DNA of 64,000 nt, from positions 29,822-93,821 of IMG/VR virus record IMGVR_UViG_3300009509_000031; one strand, 5' to 3'. The notes below the pieces were generated by a model. The model saw only the letters and a program-made list of their open reading frames with translations, was not told the origin of the DNA and did no database searches. How positions within the stretch are numbered: position 1 is the first letter of the stretch; each line of letters begins with the position of its first letter. The translations under genes and the position numbers were made by a program. This DNA comes from a virus. Below are positions 19,655 to 29,676 of this stretch, in pieces.

Positions 19655-19860
19655 AGGTTACCCTTTTCACTGTTTAGCGGTACAGAATGTAAATGGTGTT
19701 GCTTTTCTGCATACACAACGATCGTTGTCTCTCCTACAACCTTTACTGGCCGCTTACACTTATCACACGTTACAACGTGTTCCGTAAAGTCACCTTCATT
19801 AAAAAGCTGTTCCATATACGCATCACACCAGGGGCAATCCGGTAAAGCGATCGTAATCAT
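19651..19860 (-). CDS. Zn-ribbon protein
   Basis: CPWC...CDKC; ATGA overlaps at both ends. Confidence 0.65.
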   Translation of the reverse strand: MITIALPDCPWCDAYMEQLFNEGDFTEHVVTCDKCKRPVKVVGETTIVVYAEKQHHLHSVPLNSEKGNL

Positions 19861-20231
19861 GGCTTGCTTGTATTCTTATAGGTGTCTTTTTCTTTTAAGT
19901 AGCGTGCTTTGATAGCCCGGAACATATCAAAGTTACGTGCAATCGTTTGTCCAATGCGGTCTTTTATACCATCAGACTTTGTTACCAACGTTTCATCGAT
20001 GATCGTTTCTGGAACATCTAGGATCACTGAAAACTCATATATCTGATACGCTAGTTCAACAGATCGGGTATACAGATTATATGCTGTTTTTGGTTTTGAG
20101 ATCTCAACATGAATCCCATAAAAAGACAACAGCTCGGATAGGGCTTGTGTTGTTATCCATTCAACCCGGCTAACTAGCTTCTTAGAGTCAAAAACCGTGT
20201 CAAAAACTGCATCCGCCATACCTACACACAT
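19857..20231 (-). CDS. Hypothetical protein
   Basis: 124 aa ORF. Confidence 0.55.
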   Translation of the reverse strand: MCVGMADAVFDTVFDSKKLVSRVEWITTQALSELLSFYGIHVEISKPKTAYNLYTRSVELAYQIYEFSVILDVPETIIDETLVTKSDGIKDRIGQTIARNFDMFRAIKARYLKEKDTYKNTSKP

Positions 20232-20240
20232 CCAATCTGG

Positions 20241-20340
20241 CCTATCTCAGCCGGTGAATTTCGGGGTTTTACCCCTTGGATCGTGCCTGGAACAGTCTAG
20301 GGACCAAAAAACGCCTTAAAAAGCCTCTCAGAAGCTCACA
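20241..20340 (+). repeat. ~100 bp element, inverted homologue of 49079-49174
   Basis: Shared CCTATCTCAGCC arm and GCCTTA.AAAGCCTCTCAGA arm about 80 bp apart. Confidence 0.7.
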
Positions 20341-20374
20341 AGAAACCCGCATTATTACACACCGGGTATGTACG

Positions 20375-20563
20375 CTAGTCCCTATCATACGGAATAAATG
20401 AATCAAGGAGTAAAACAGATAACACAATCATCAGCACCATCACACCAAAACCGGGTGATGAGTACAAGAAAAAGCGTAGATCGTAGTAATACGCAACAGT
20501 GCCAATAATGCCGGCCAACATCAACCAGAACACGAGTAACAACAATCGATAGTAACGCATCAT
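20375..20563 (-). CDS. Small two-TM membrane protein
   Basis: Two hydrophobic helices; GAGGA RBS. Confidence 0.6.
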   Translation of the reverse strand: MMRYYRLLLLVFWLMLAGIIGTVAYYYDLRFFLYSSPGFGVMVLMIVLSVLLLDSFIPYDRD

Positions 20564-23013
20564 TTAATCCTCACCGTACACAAGCGGCTTAAGTTTATCT
20601 TCCTGGATACTATGCTCAACGATAACTAACCCAACCTCGATCAAGGCGATCAGATCAAGTGCCATATCGGATTCAAGAGGTTTATCTTCATTTTCTTGTT
20701 CAGAGTATCTACAACACCAGGCTTTTAGCTCTTCAAACGTATGTGCTTTATGGGTACTTGTGGCGTGATTGATATACGTTTTGCACCCCTGCCATACTTC
20801 AGACCAATCTGGATAATGCAGTTTACGGGCTGTTTTAACCCGTGGGTTCCTTCTAAACTTAAATCGCACCATCGATCAACACTCCCATTTATTAGAATCA
20901 CGAATCACAGTAATCGGAACAGTGCTTTCAATACTGGTCACAACATACACCCCGTTATCCCGCTTGTAGGCTGTTACCTTTCTGTAAACGTGATATAGAA
21001 GATGGTTCAGTATACGCGGCTTTGTGATCCATGTAACAATGGCGGCTAGTAACCGTTCATACCATGGGCCACCTTCCGTAATAACGATCCAGTTACCCGC
21101 ATCACCCTTTGAAAACCGTGTTGTCATTTACTGTTCACTTTCTCTTGATTACGAATCACGGATAACCGATCCATCTCTGCTAATACTTCACTTAGTGACC
21201 ACCAACTAGGGTGTCCTGATACAAACTGCAACCGTTTATTTTCAATGAAGGAATGAATAGCTTCCCAATGTTTATTAATCTGTTTAATAGACGGTGATAC
21301 TGTCTTGATCTGTTCAGGATGAGCCAACTGATCGATCAGTGTTTGTAACTGCAAGGATAGTTCCTGCATCCGTGCAACTAAACTTGCTTCCACGCTTGTC
21401 AATGGCCGCTTTAGTTCTGCTGTTTGATTGTCGGCTTTATACCACGTATCGCAATCGTGATAACCTGCTTCATACGCGGCTTTAAGTTCTTCGATCAGCC
21501 GTACTTTGAAATTAATAGCAGCGGGAGATCCAGCGGGATGAACCCGTGTTGTTAATGTTCTTGTTACTGCATAATCATGTAAGACGGATTCAACGGTTGT
21601 TATCCATCTTTTTATACCTGGTGGGATTGGGACTTTCTTTGGGTGCATAATCGCTTTCCTCTCGTTTCAGTTCCGCTTTAAGAAGTTCCGCATAAATCCA
21701 ATCAACAGTATCCGGTTCACTCAAGATCTTTTCTGCTTCACTTTTTAATACAGAAATTGAACCATCCGTGTTTGTTATAATACGCTGTTTTGGTTCATCA
21801 TGGGTGCTTGATGGCCTAGCTAACCACGCCTTTACGAATTCATATACCTTGATTCGTGATAGGGACAACAGATCGCCTGTTGTTGGTCGTTTTCTTCTAA
21901 TCATGATTAGTGCTGTTTATAGTTTTAACTTCTTCCGTATCCATCCAAGCTGTTATGTAGACTGGGCCGTTAGTGTGCGCCCAAACTGATCGGATGTGCC
22001 AACCTCGTGATCGAATACACTTGATCGTATCATCAACATCCTTGCAAGTGTTCCCTAGTAGACTTGACCTAACACGAAATGTTTTGTATTCAATCATCGA
22101 TAATCTCTACACCTGCAGAACTAAGAGCAACCGCGACACAAGACAGAATATCTTCAACCCTGGTAAACGAATGATAGCCGTGATCCTTTGCCACAATAAG
22201 CTGATCCGGTATACTTTTCAGTGTGCTTGCTTTGATCCGTTGCTTCATCCGTTCCTGTGCTAGCTGTTTCCTTAGTCGCTCGTTATCAACCTTTACTTCC
22301 ATCAGCTCTTGTAACTGATCCATGGTTAGCCCTACCATGCTTGCCTCAAAATGTGGGTGTGTTCTTTTTATGTTTCTTGATCACTGCAAGTAACCGATCT
22401 GCACACTGCCTATCAGACTGTTTTTCATTTTCTGATAGCTCTGAATAAGCTGTGTTCATTTGTCTCAACCAACGATTAGTGAGGGTTCTAGGTATTGCAG
22501 TTATATACCGGGTTATTGGTTCAAACGTTTCGTTATCCTGTATCACGATCGTTTCTTGCCGGCATTGGCTTAATAGGTACCTCATCCAATCCGCCCATAT
22601 GTCATGGCTGGCTTGTGCAAGCTGTTCCCTTAGTTCAATCACTTTCATTGATCATCCGTTTCATTTTCATGATCGGCGCAATGCGTGATTACGTGATAGT
22701 AAATTTTCAACGTAATCAATACGAATCTCTAACGCTTTAATACGATCCGTCAATTCTCTAATTTTCACATCCCGTTTTTCAATTTCATCAATCAACACAG
22801 AAACAGTTGCTGCTACATCCGTTTTAAACCCTAATGCCAATTCCCGCTTATACGTTTTAGCTTCAATTGAATCAAGGATCCGCCTTGTAATGGTATCCAT
22901 TTTTGCACCCATGTTCGTATTGGTCCAGTACAGCCGGATTCAAATTCAGAACACCAGACATTGCCGGCTGTATCTTCCTGTGAAAACACATACGTTGTTT
23001 TCTTTGCCGGCAT
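20564..23013 (-). other. Run of small overlapping hypothetical CDSs (20564-20872, 20876-21127, 21124-21648, 21590-21904, 21897-22097, 22090-22338, 22346-22648, 22667-22912)
   Basis: Contiguous minus-strand ORFs with start/stop overlaps; no recognisable motifs. Confidence 0.6.
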
Positions 23014-23555
23014 TAAAAACCTTTTACCCCTTTAAATGGGTGCTTTGGCAACGGCATTACTTTTTGTTGTTGCTGCCTTTGTGGAGCCGGAACGGGTAAA
23101 GGTGCCATAGGGGGTATAAATTGGGATGGTTGTTGCTGTTGAGTGTTGATCTGTGCTGAAGAACTGGTTACTTGCGGGGATCGTCTTCTAACAGGTGTTC
23201 TAGGTCTGCTCTGATAGCTAGCTTGCAACATTTCAAGTTTTGTTGTCACAACAATCAAACGATCAGACAGATCAGAAATTCGCTTCATTTGAGTGTTAAT
23301 CACAGTTGCTTGTTCATCTACCTTATTCTTTAACGTATCCCATACCGCAATCGTGCTTTGTTTCGCCGTTTCAGCCTTCACAGCAACGTTGTTTGTTTTT
23401 TCTTCCTGATTAACACCCATAACAGCATTTACAATACCTAGAATCAATAGAGCGGATGCACCAAGCCCAGTCCCAACATTTTTAACCGTTTCACCAAATG
23501 TTGCCCCCGATTTGCCTTTCTCATCCGGTGTTTCTTTATCATCAGACATGATCAC
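23013..23555 (-). CDS. Membrane-anchored coiled-coil protein with Gln/Pro-rich tail
   Basis: One TM (GLGASALLILGIVNAVMGV), coiled coil, QP-rich C-terminus; GGAG RBS. Confidence 0.65.
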   Translation of the reverse strand: MIMSDDKETPDEKGKSGATFGETVKNVGTGLGASALLILGIVNAVMGVNQEEKTNNVAVKAETAKQSTIAVWDTLKNKVDEQATVINTQMKRISDLSDRLIVVTTKLEMLQASYQSRPRTPVRRRSPQVTSSSAQINTQQQQPSQFIPPMAPLPVPAPQRQQQQKVMPLPKHPFKGVKGF

Positions 23556-23563
23556 TCCATAAG

Positions 23564-23743
23564 CTAGTTAATATGAGGTTTGGGTGTTCCCTTAATTGCA
23601 ATATGAATAGGAAAACAAGGAATAAAACAAACCCAGATATGAAGATCATCAGCTGTCTTACAACCTGCAACTAATACCCGCCTAACTTTCCAATACACGC
23701 CGATCCACAAATCTTGTGGTTTAAACTCAACAGCAATTCGCAT
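23564..23743 (-). CDS. Small hypothetical protein (59 aa, below the ORF track cutoff)
   Basis: Hand translation MRIAVEFKPQDLWIGVYWKVRRVLVAGCKTADDLHIWVCFIPCFPIHIAIKGTPKPHIN; AGGGA RBS; fills the gap exactly. Confidence 0.6.
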   Translation of the reverse strand: MRIAVEFKPQDLWIGVYWKVRRVLVAGCKTADDLHIWVCFIPCFPIHIAIKGTPKPHIN

Positions 23744-23748
23744 GATCC

Positions 23749-24926
23749 CTACATACCCCTTTTTTTCGGATCAGATATCGGTTTAACTTCATCTTGTGTC
23801 CACTGAACCCATTGCATGTTAACAGTAACGGGCTTTCCAGCAATCCACGATCGCCATTGCGGAAAGGATACCCAACAATTACGTTTGATGATCTTAAACC
23901 GCTCTGTTTGTGTCACAACGGATATATAAGCTGTTACACCCATAACAAATTACGATCGCTTAAACAGCCGGCTAAACGTACACTGAATCCGATGTAACAA
24001 CCTGTGAAACCATGTATAACGAATCCAGGCACCGCAAACATTACAAGTGATCCCTGTAATCCTGCAACAAGCCGGATCAGGTTTCTTTGTAAAGGCTAGC
24101 GAATAGTGTAACGACTGATTGCGGTTTGCTAGCTGAAGTTGTTGTGACTGTTCTAAGTTCCGCTGTTTTCGTTGTGAACACGCATCTTCAAACATAGGGT
24201 TGTAACGCGGTTGTGTATCTTCAGACATCAGTAACCCCGATCAGAATCACAGAATTGTTGTTCAGCTCTAACTGCAGTTCACTTGACAGATCCGAATCCA
24301 GACAATCAACCTTTTTCAACACGGTATGCAGTAACCTGGAATAGCTGCTAGCAATCGCTTCTGTCTTTGCCCAAACTCTTACTTCACAACCGGCCGTTTG
24401 CATTGCGTGGCACATTGCACGAATCAGCTCTTTTCTGATATCCCCATCAACACACTTATCAAAAATATCACCCTGTGAAGCAAGCACAGAATCCAGGTGT
24501 TGGTTGTACTGTGCAATTCGTGCATCTCTAGCCGCAGTAACCGCTTTCAAAAAATCAATACCAGACCGCATCAAATGGAACGGCAAGGCTTTATCTTGAT
24601 CCATCATCACTATCACCCCAATTTTTTACGTTAACTATCCTAGCAAACGATCCGTTTGCACCACGTAATTCAATCGTTCCTTTTGGAAGTGTCGGATCGG
24701 GTTCAATCTTAAAATCCATTACTGGATTAGTAGCAAACAGTGCTGTTCTTGGAAACGGATCGGATCGGTTAGGCGGCTTTATTTTAGTGTCAAGCGTATC
24801 CCTGAACGGAGAAAGATACATTGATTTAATCAGCCAACTAACGCTAACGTGCAGATCTTTTGATTCCATTATCCGCTTTAATGCTTCTTCAGCCTTTACC
24901 ACTAACAGCGGTTTCTTCGGGTTCAT
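23749..24926 (-). other. Four small hypothetical CDSs (23749-23943, 23950-24228, 24221-24616, 24591-24926)
   Basis: Packed minus-strand ORFs. Confidence 0.55.
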
Positions 24927-25108
24927 CTGTTCACCTGTTTATATTGTGACCAGTCAAGATGAAGCTGAATCGGGATCCCGTTCTCTCTACTCTGTAACCC
25001 TTCCTCGATATACCGCTGTAACTCTTTACTGCGATCTGAAAACTTCGGTAACCTCTCATTCAACTTAGCTGCAACACGTTTTGATATGGGAATCATAACA
25101 ACAGGCAT
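24923..25108 (-). CDS. Putative RHH protein
   Basis: VVMIPISKRVAAKLNE...DRSKELQRYIEEGL; GGAGA RBS. Confidence 0.5.
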   Translation of the reverse strand: MPVVMIPISKRVAAKLNERLPKFSDRSKELQRYIEEGLQSRENGIPIQLHLDWSQYKQVNR

Positions 25109-25215
25109 AACGTGTTATCTCCGATCTAATGTACGTTTCACAGACACAATTACACATAACGCACCACTAACAAACCCAAATATAAAACAAAAAAACAAAG
25201 CCGCTATCAGCACAA

Positions 25216-25518
25216 TCATAGTCCTGTAACAACCCTCTTTTTAAGTTTAAAAGCTTTTGAATTAGATCGAATACCGGCTGTTGCTTCTAACAGCCCTAAT
25301 GATTCAAGCTCATATAGTTCCAACAACCGTGCTTTAATTTGTTTACTAGTAAACCAACCGACTGGGAACTGTTGTTTAATCGTTTTCAGCAACAAAAGTT
25401 GTTTCTTAGTTAGCATCGGAGTAACTAACTCTGGCCGCACACCTTCACCACCACATAACGGGCAATCAATACGACAACTGCCGGTTAATGATATACAAGA
25501 ACACTCTCTGTATTGCAC
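25216..25518 (-). CDS. Zn-finger plus winged-helix-like protein
   Basis: CPLCGGEG then LTKKQ..LL..I helix pattern. Confidence 0.55.
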   Translation of the reverse strand: MQYRECSCISLTGSCRIDCPLCGGEGVRPELVTPMLTKKQLLLLKTIKQQFPVGWFTSKQIKARLLELYELESLGLLEATAGIRSNSKAFKLKKRVVTGL

Positions 25519-25530
25519 AACATCCCTCTC

Positions 25531-25830
25531 TTACAATTGCGATCTGTTAGCGTAACTCCCATTAATAACGGCTACCATATTTGCAACAACAGCTTTACCC
25601 TGTTCAGTCAATGAATACACAGATCGGCTTGTTGTTTGAAACCTATTTACACGAATTCGTTTATTTGCGCTTTGAACTAAACCACAAGTTCTCAACTCGA
25701 TAAGTGAAAGCCTTACTTGCTTATCTGATAACGGTGTTCGCTTTAAAATCTCAAATACAACACACGGGGATTCTACGTAATGAATAGCAAGTAACACAGC
25801 TTTATGATCATCACTCAACTTCATCTTCAA
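25531..25830 (-). CDS. Winged helix-turn-helix protein
   Basis: EILKRTPLSDKQVRLSLIELRTCGLV...VYSLTEQGK. Confidence 0.7.
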   Translation of the reverse strand: MKMKLSDDHKAVLLAIHYVESPCVVFEILKRTPLSDKQVRLSLIELRTCGLVQSANKRIRVNRFQTTSRSVYSLTEQGKAVVANMVAVINGSYANRSQL

Positions 25831-26317
25831 TATTCGTTTCCCGTTTCTTAATCATCTCTTCCCTGAAACGTTTCAAGGCTTCTGTTGCTGCTTTTTCTTC
25901 TTCTTCACGCAATTTTGTAGCATCAATTCCCTTTTCAGCCGGGATATCTTCTTCAAATAACGTACCTGCAGCCATTTCTTTATGGGCTGCTTCAACTTCT
26001 TCCCGCAACTTGTCTAGTGCGGCTTTTCTTGCTGCAGCGTCATCAAGCTTATTAATCACTTGTTCTGTCTTAATTCGTTCCTTAATTGTTGTTGCCCAAA
26101 TCAGTTTTACAAGTCTGCTAGGAAGAATGAATTGATATGATCCATCTCTGTTGATAATAGCTTGTGAATTCCGATTTATTATCGTACATAGTTCCGCTTT
26201 CCATTCCCGGAATTCTCGCATCATCTTTTTTTGTTGCTTTTTCAAATACTGTTTCGCTTCTTCACCCTGTAATATACGCATCACTTGCGGTTTAATAGAG
26301 CTTTGATCATTACTCAT
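25811..26317 (-). CDS. Hypothetical protein
   Basis: 168 aa; AGGAG RBS. Confidence 0.65.
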   Translation of the reverse strand: MSNDQSSIKPQVMRILQGEEAKQYLKKQQKKMMREFREWKAELCTIINRNSQAIINRDGSYQFILPSRLVKLIWATTIKERIKTEQVINKLDDAAARKAALDKLREEVEAAHKEMAAGTLFEEDIPAEKGIDATKLREEEEKAATEALKRFREEMIKKRETNIEDEVE

Positions 26318-26621
26318 CTAAAACACTCCTAATCACTTTAACTGCAGATAACGCTGAAGCTGTATTACTGTAAATAGCACAAGCCCTGCAACTAAAATTA
26401 ATCCAGTACCCGATACAAGCTACAAGCAAACAATCCGCGTATCTTGGACACTGCATATAACGATAAGACTCAGCTACATCTTCTGTTAGAAATACGGCAT
26501 CTAATTCAACTGGATTTGGCCGGATACCACAAACACACTCTAACCGTTGTTTTCTACGTTCAGCCTTAATACCTGCAGCATAGTATCTACGTTTAACCGT
26601 TCTATAGTAGCGTGAATCCAT
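26310..26621 (-). CDS. Cys-motif protein resembling a deltaproteobacterial family
   Basis: C-x2-Y-x2-CL-x6-W-x2-FSC-x2-C. Confidence 0.6.
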   Translation of the reverse strand: MDSRYYRTVKRRYYAAGIKAERRKQRLECVCGIRPNPVELDAVFLTEDVAESYRYMQCPRYADCLLVACIGYWINFSCRACAIYSNTASALSAVKVIRSVLDE

Positions 26622-27082
26622 CCCCTGGATCCCATCATCTTGTGAACGGTGGTTGTTGCATCCAATATGCCACGATAAAACCCATTCCTGTTATTGCGCC
26701 GAGTAACAACACGGTATCGATAACCCAAAGGGCATTGTTTGGATACCTGTTTTTCTGTCTTAGCATTCTCGCAAAAACCGTAAGGCCCGCGATCAAGTAC
26801 AACACAAATGCCGAGATCATACTTATTTGACCTAATCCTAACGACGGTACCAAAGGGCAATGTTCTATGAGCACATACGAGATCAAAAACTGTTGGTTTT
26901 GTTCGCCACTTACCAGCATATCTAGCATAAGGAACCGTCTTTGATCGCTTCCATGGCCGGTACCCCGATACAATCCCGGTTTCAATACGTGATCCTTCAA
27001 CAGTTTTCCAATCAAACGATAAGTGGGATATCGGAATCACCGGTGTTAGAAATAGTAAGCTTAGTTTTAGGATAAACGTCAT
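26540..27082 (-). CDS. RlpA-like double-psi beta-barrel lytic transglycosylase
   Basis: CAHRTLPFGTVVRI, VVLDRGPY, GILDAT; hydrophobic N-terminus from ATG 27082. Confidence 0.85.
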   Translation of the reverse strand: MTFILKLSLLFLTPVIPISHLSFDWKTVEGSRIETGIVSGYRPWKRSKTVPYARYAGKWRTKPTVFDLVCAHRTLPFGTVVRIRSNKYDLGICVVLDRGPYGFCENAKTEKQVSKQCPLGYRYRVVTRRNNRNGFYRGILDATTTVHKMMGSRGWIHATIERLNVDTMLQVLRLNVENNG

Positions 27083-27452
27083 AATGAACAACCGTTTCAA
27101 CACACAAATCTGCAATTGTATGTATGTAAAGACTTGCCGTAGAAAACGGCTTACAAGAAACAACATCCAACATAAATCGACGCCTATTAGGCCAGCCATG
27201 CAAGGCAATATGGCTTGTTGAAATTAGTGCTAATACACTAATACCGCCTTCATCTTCAAACGCTGTTCTGTTCAACTTTGACAGATCCTCTTTTACGTTA
27301 CTAACAATCAAATTAAGGATAGTCATACCTGATAGGCTAGCAATCCGATCCACGATAGAACTAAGGCGGCTAGAACTAGCCAAAACCCCCTTTTCTTCTC
27401 TTTTTACAATTCCATCAAGTTCAAAACGATAACGGATCGGATCGTTGTTCAT
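27012..27452 (-). CDS. speD: S-adenosylmethionine decarboxylase-like pyruvoyl proenzyme
   Basis: GGISVLALISTSHIALHGWP...LDVVSCKPF. Confidence 0.8.
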   Translation of the reverse strand: MNNDPIRYRFELDGIVKREEKGVLASSSRLSSIVDRIASLSGMTILNLIVSNVKEDLSKLNRTAFEDEGGISVLALISTSHIALHGWPNRRRFMLDVVSCKPFSTASLYIHTIADLCVETVVHYDVYPKTKLTISNTGDSDIPLIV

Positions 27453-27474
27453 AATTTAACCTCTTTTCGCTAAG

Positions 27475-28404
27475 CTAAGTTGGAACCAAAGTATCCCCTG
27501 TTGTGTTGCTTTCTGGCATAGGATAATCCCGCAACAGTACCAATTCCGTAAACGGATCCGTAATGCCGGTAACATACAACTTCTTTTCTTGTTGAAACTT
27601 AATTAACGCTCGTTTGCTTTCGTAACCAAATACACCATCTGCACCATACTTAGGCAGACAGTCAGGCTTCCACCTAAGCAAAGCCTGTTGCCAATCAAGA
27701 TCTGTTTTCAAATCTTGTTTAGCTGATTCCCGCCAAGAATCAATCCGAGTCATTAAAACATATCCGGGGCAACCTGCTTTACCAAAATGAGCATGATAAA
27801 AGTTACCCTCTGCACCGTAGTTAAACAACTCTGCTAACCACTGGCAGACCTTTGTGTGACCTTCAAGCTGTTTTACAGTTGGTCCTGTAGCGTAACCTTT
27901 ATAACCAGGTGCACTAAAGCCGCCCATTACTAACACGGCTACTAGGTGCAAGTTTTCATCACCGTCTGCTAAACCACCATAGGCTTGTGCGTATGTTCGA
28001 TCCAGAATGTTACCTGTAAGCAAAACAATCCCGTCTTTTGGAATACAGATCGGATATACCATTGTTGGCAACGGTTTACCTGGTGTGATGTGATTATTCA
28101 CACCTGTATGATAATTTGCGGTTGCAACCGGATCGTTATCGTTGCGTGATGCGTTATGATGCGTGCACTGGCCTAGAACTTCTGAAATTAGTCGTTTAGG
28201 CCATCTAAACCTATCCACCTTATATCTACTGTTAGCGGTAGGTATATCAGACCTAACATCCTTCATCCATCCTTCACTAACAGCGATCGTTATCGCGTTT
28301 TCAACAATATTCAAATCCTTGGTATACTGTTTTGCCCTATCTAACATTGCTTGATCCACCAGTCTTTCAAAATCCTTCCATGCAGTATTTACATACCTAG
28401 CCAT
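27475..28404 (-). CDS. Endolysin: N-acetylmuramoyl-L-alanine amidase with C-terminal peptidoglycan-binding domain
   Basis: THHNA and YHAHFGKAGCPG Zn ligands; ADGVFGYES...FQQEKKLYVTGI PG-binding motif. Confidence 0.85.
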   Translation of the reverse strand: MARYVNTAWKDFERLVDQAMLDRAKQYTKDLNIVENAITIAVSEGWMKDVRSDIPTANSRYKVDRFRWPKRLISEVLGQCTHHNASRNDNDPVATANYHTGVNNHITPGKPLPTMVYPICIPKDGIVLLTGNILDRTYAQAYGGLADGDENLHLVAVLVMGGFSAPGYKGYATGPTVKQLEGHTKVCQWLAELFNYGAEGNFYHAHFGKAGCPGYVLMTRIDSWRESAKQDLKTDLDWQQALLRWKPDCLPKYGADGVFGYESKRALIKFQQEKKLYVTGITDPFTELVLLRDYPMPESNTTGDTLVPT

Positions 28405-28416
28405 TAAGCACCAATG

Positions 28417-28764
28417 TTAGTCATCTGCAACAGTTTGCCCGTTCCTTGTTCGCTTAAACCGTCTGTTACCGTTATCTGTTTCACCTTTTGTTGAATCAGC
28501 AATTTCTAGCATCACTCGTGTTTTGTATTTTGCGCTCATAGCTTCCAGCAATACACGCAAGGCTTTTGCGATCCTGCCAGCCTTACCGATTACCTTTCCA
28601 GCATCACCGGTACCTGTTTTAACGGTTAAAATTACAGTACCACCGCCTTCACTTACTGTTTGCGATACAGAAACAGCATCCGGAGTATCAACCAATTCCA
28701 TCACAACATCTTTCAACAGCTCTCTCAACTTAAAGTCTTTAGACAACATGATAATTAACTCCAA
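28417..28764 (-). CDS. khpA: KH-domain RNA-binding protein (KhpA/YlqC/UPF0109 family)
   Basis: LVDTPDAVSV...DAGKVIGKAGRIAKALRVLL...RVMLEI with intact GxxG loop. Confidence 0.9.
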   Translation of the reverse strand: MELIIMLSKDFKLRELLKDVVMELVDTPDAVSVSQTVSEGGGTVILTVKTGTGDAGKVIGKAGRIAKALRVLLEAMSAKYKTRVMLEIADSTKGETDNGNRRFKRTRNGQTVADD

Positions 28765-28825
28765 TAGCTGATAACAGTATGTAATAAAGCAGCTGATTAT
28801 ACCATTTTAGAGCAAAAAACTAAAA

Positions 28826-29671
28826 TCAACGCGAATTAAAAAACGAATCTGTTAAAACAAAATCAACAAACCGCTTTGACAAATGAGGTAACCATACCGG
28901 TCTACTTGCTTCACCAAAAAACAGATCAACCGTTACTTCTTTTGTACAAGCAAACGGTCTGCTTATTGGTGCCAAAGGTTCATTGTTAGTTGTCCGTAAC
29001 AGTACCGATCGTAAATCCGGATTTAGCTGATCCAATTTAACAACACCATCCCTAACAGCCATTTCTGAATACAAGAGAGAGGCAAGTAACAACGCATCAG
29101 CAAGGTTACCACCAGGATCATTTTCAGCACTAAGCTTGATCCCGTACTTACTAAAGCACGCTTGCTGCATATCCACCTTTTCTGCCTTACCGTAACCAGT
29201 AACAGCAAGCTTTACAGACAACGGATCGTAAATCCTAAACGGGATCTCTTTATCCCAAAGCCCTTGTTTAATTGCTTCAACCAATCCGTGTATTTCATGC
29301 AAGCCCCTACTTCGTTTAGAAAAAGCGTATCCCTCAATTGCAACCGCAATCCTACATCCTGGAACCTTAAATGCGTAATCACAGATCACACTTAGTGTCC
29401 AATCGATCAACACCTTCATTCTGTATTGACTGTTAGACTCTGATCTGCCTGATGGTACTTTCATATAACTAAGCCACTGTGATTGACGCTTCTGAAGCTG
29501 CTTCTTATTTGTCCACCCATGTAAAAAATCAGGGTAGCCATCACGCAATACAGCGATTGCATGGCCGTTCAGTGATGGATCAATACCAACACAGATCTTA
29601 TTTGCTGCTTTAGTAACAGATATGGCCGGCTCAACAACAACAGATCTCAACCGCTTTGCATACTGCATCAA
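28826..29671 (-). CDS. RuvC-like Holliday junction resolvase
   Basis: VGIDPSL, AIEGYAF, P.SVKLAVTG.GKA.K, NLADALLLA. Confidence 0.85.
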   Translation of the reverse strand: MMQYAKRLRSVVVEPAISVTKAANKICVGIDPSLNGHAIAVLRDGYPDFLHGWTNKKQLQKRQSQWLSYMKVPSGRSESNSQYRMKVLIDWTLSVICDYAFKVPGCRIAVAIEGYAFSKRSRGLHEIHGLVEAIKQGLWDKEIPFRIYDPLSVKLAVTGYGKAEKVDMQQACFSKYGIKLSAENDPGGNLADALLLASLLYSEMAVRDGVVKLDQLNPDLRSVLLRTTNNEPLAPISRPFACTKEVTVDLFFGEASRPVWLPHLSKRFVDFVLTDSFFNSR

Positions 29672-29676
29672 GACAC

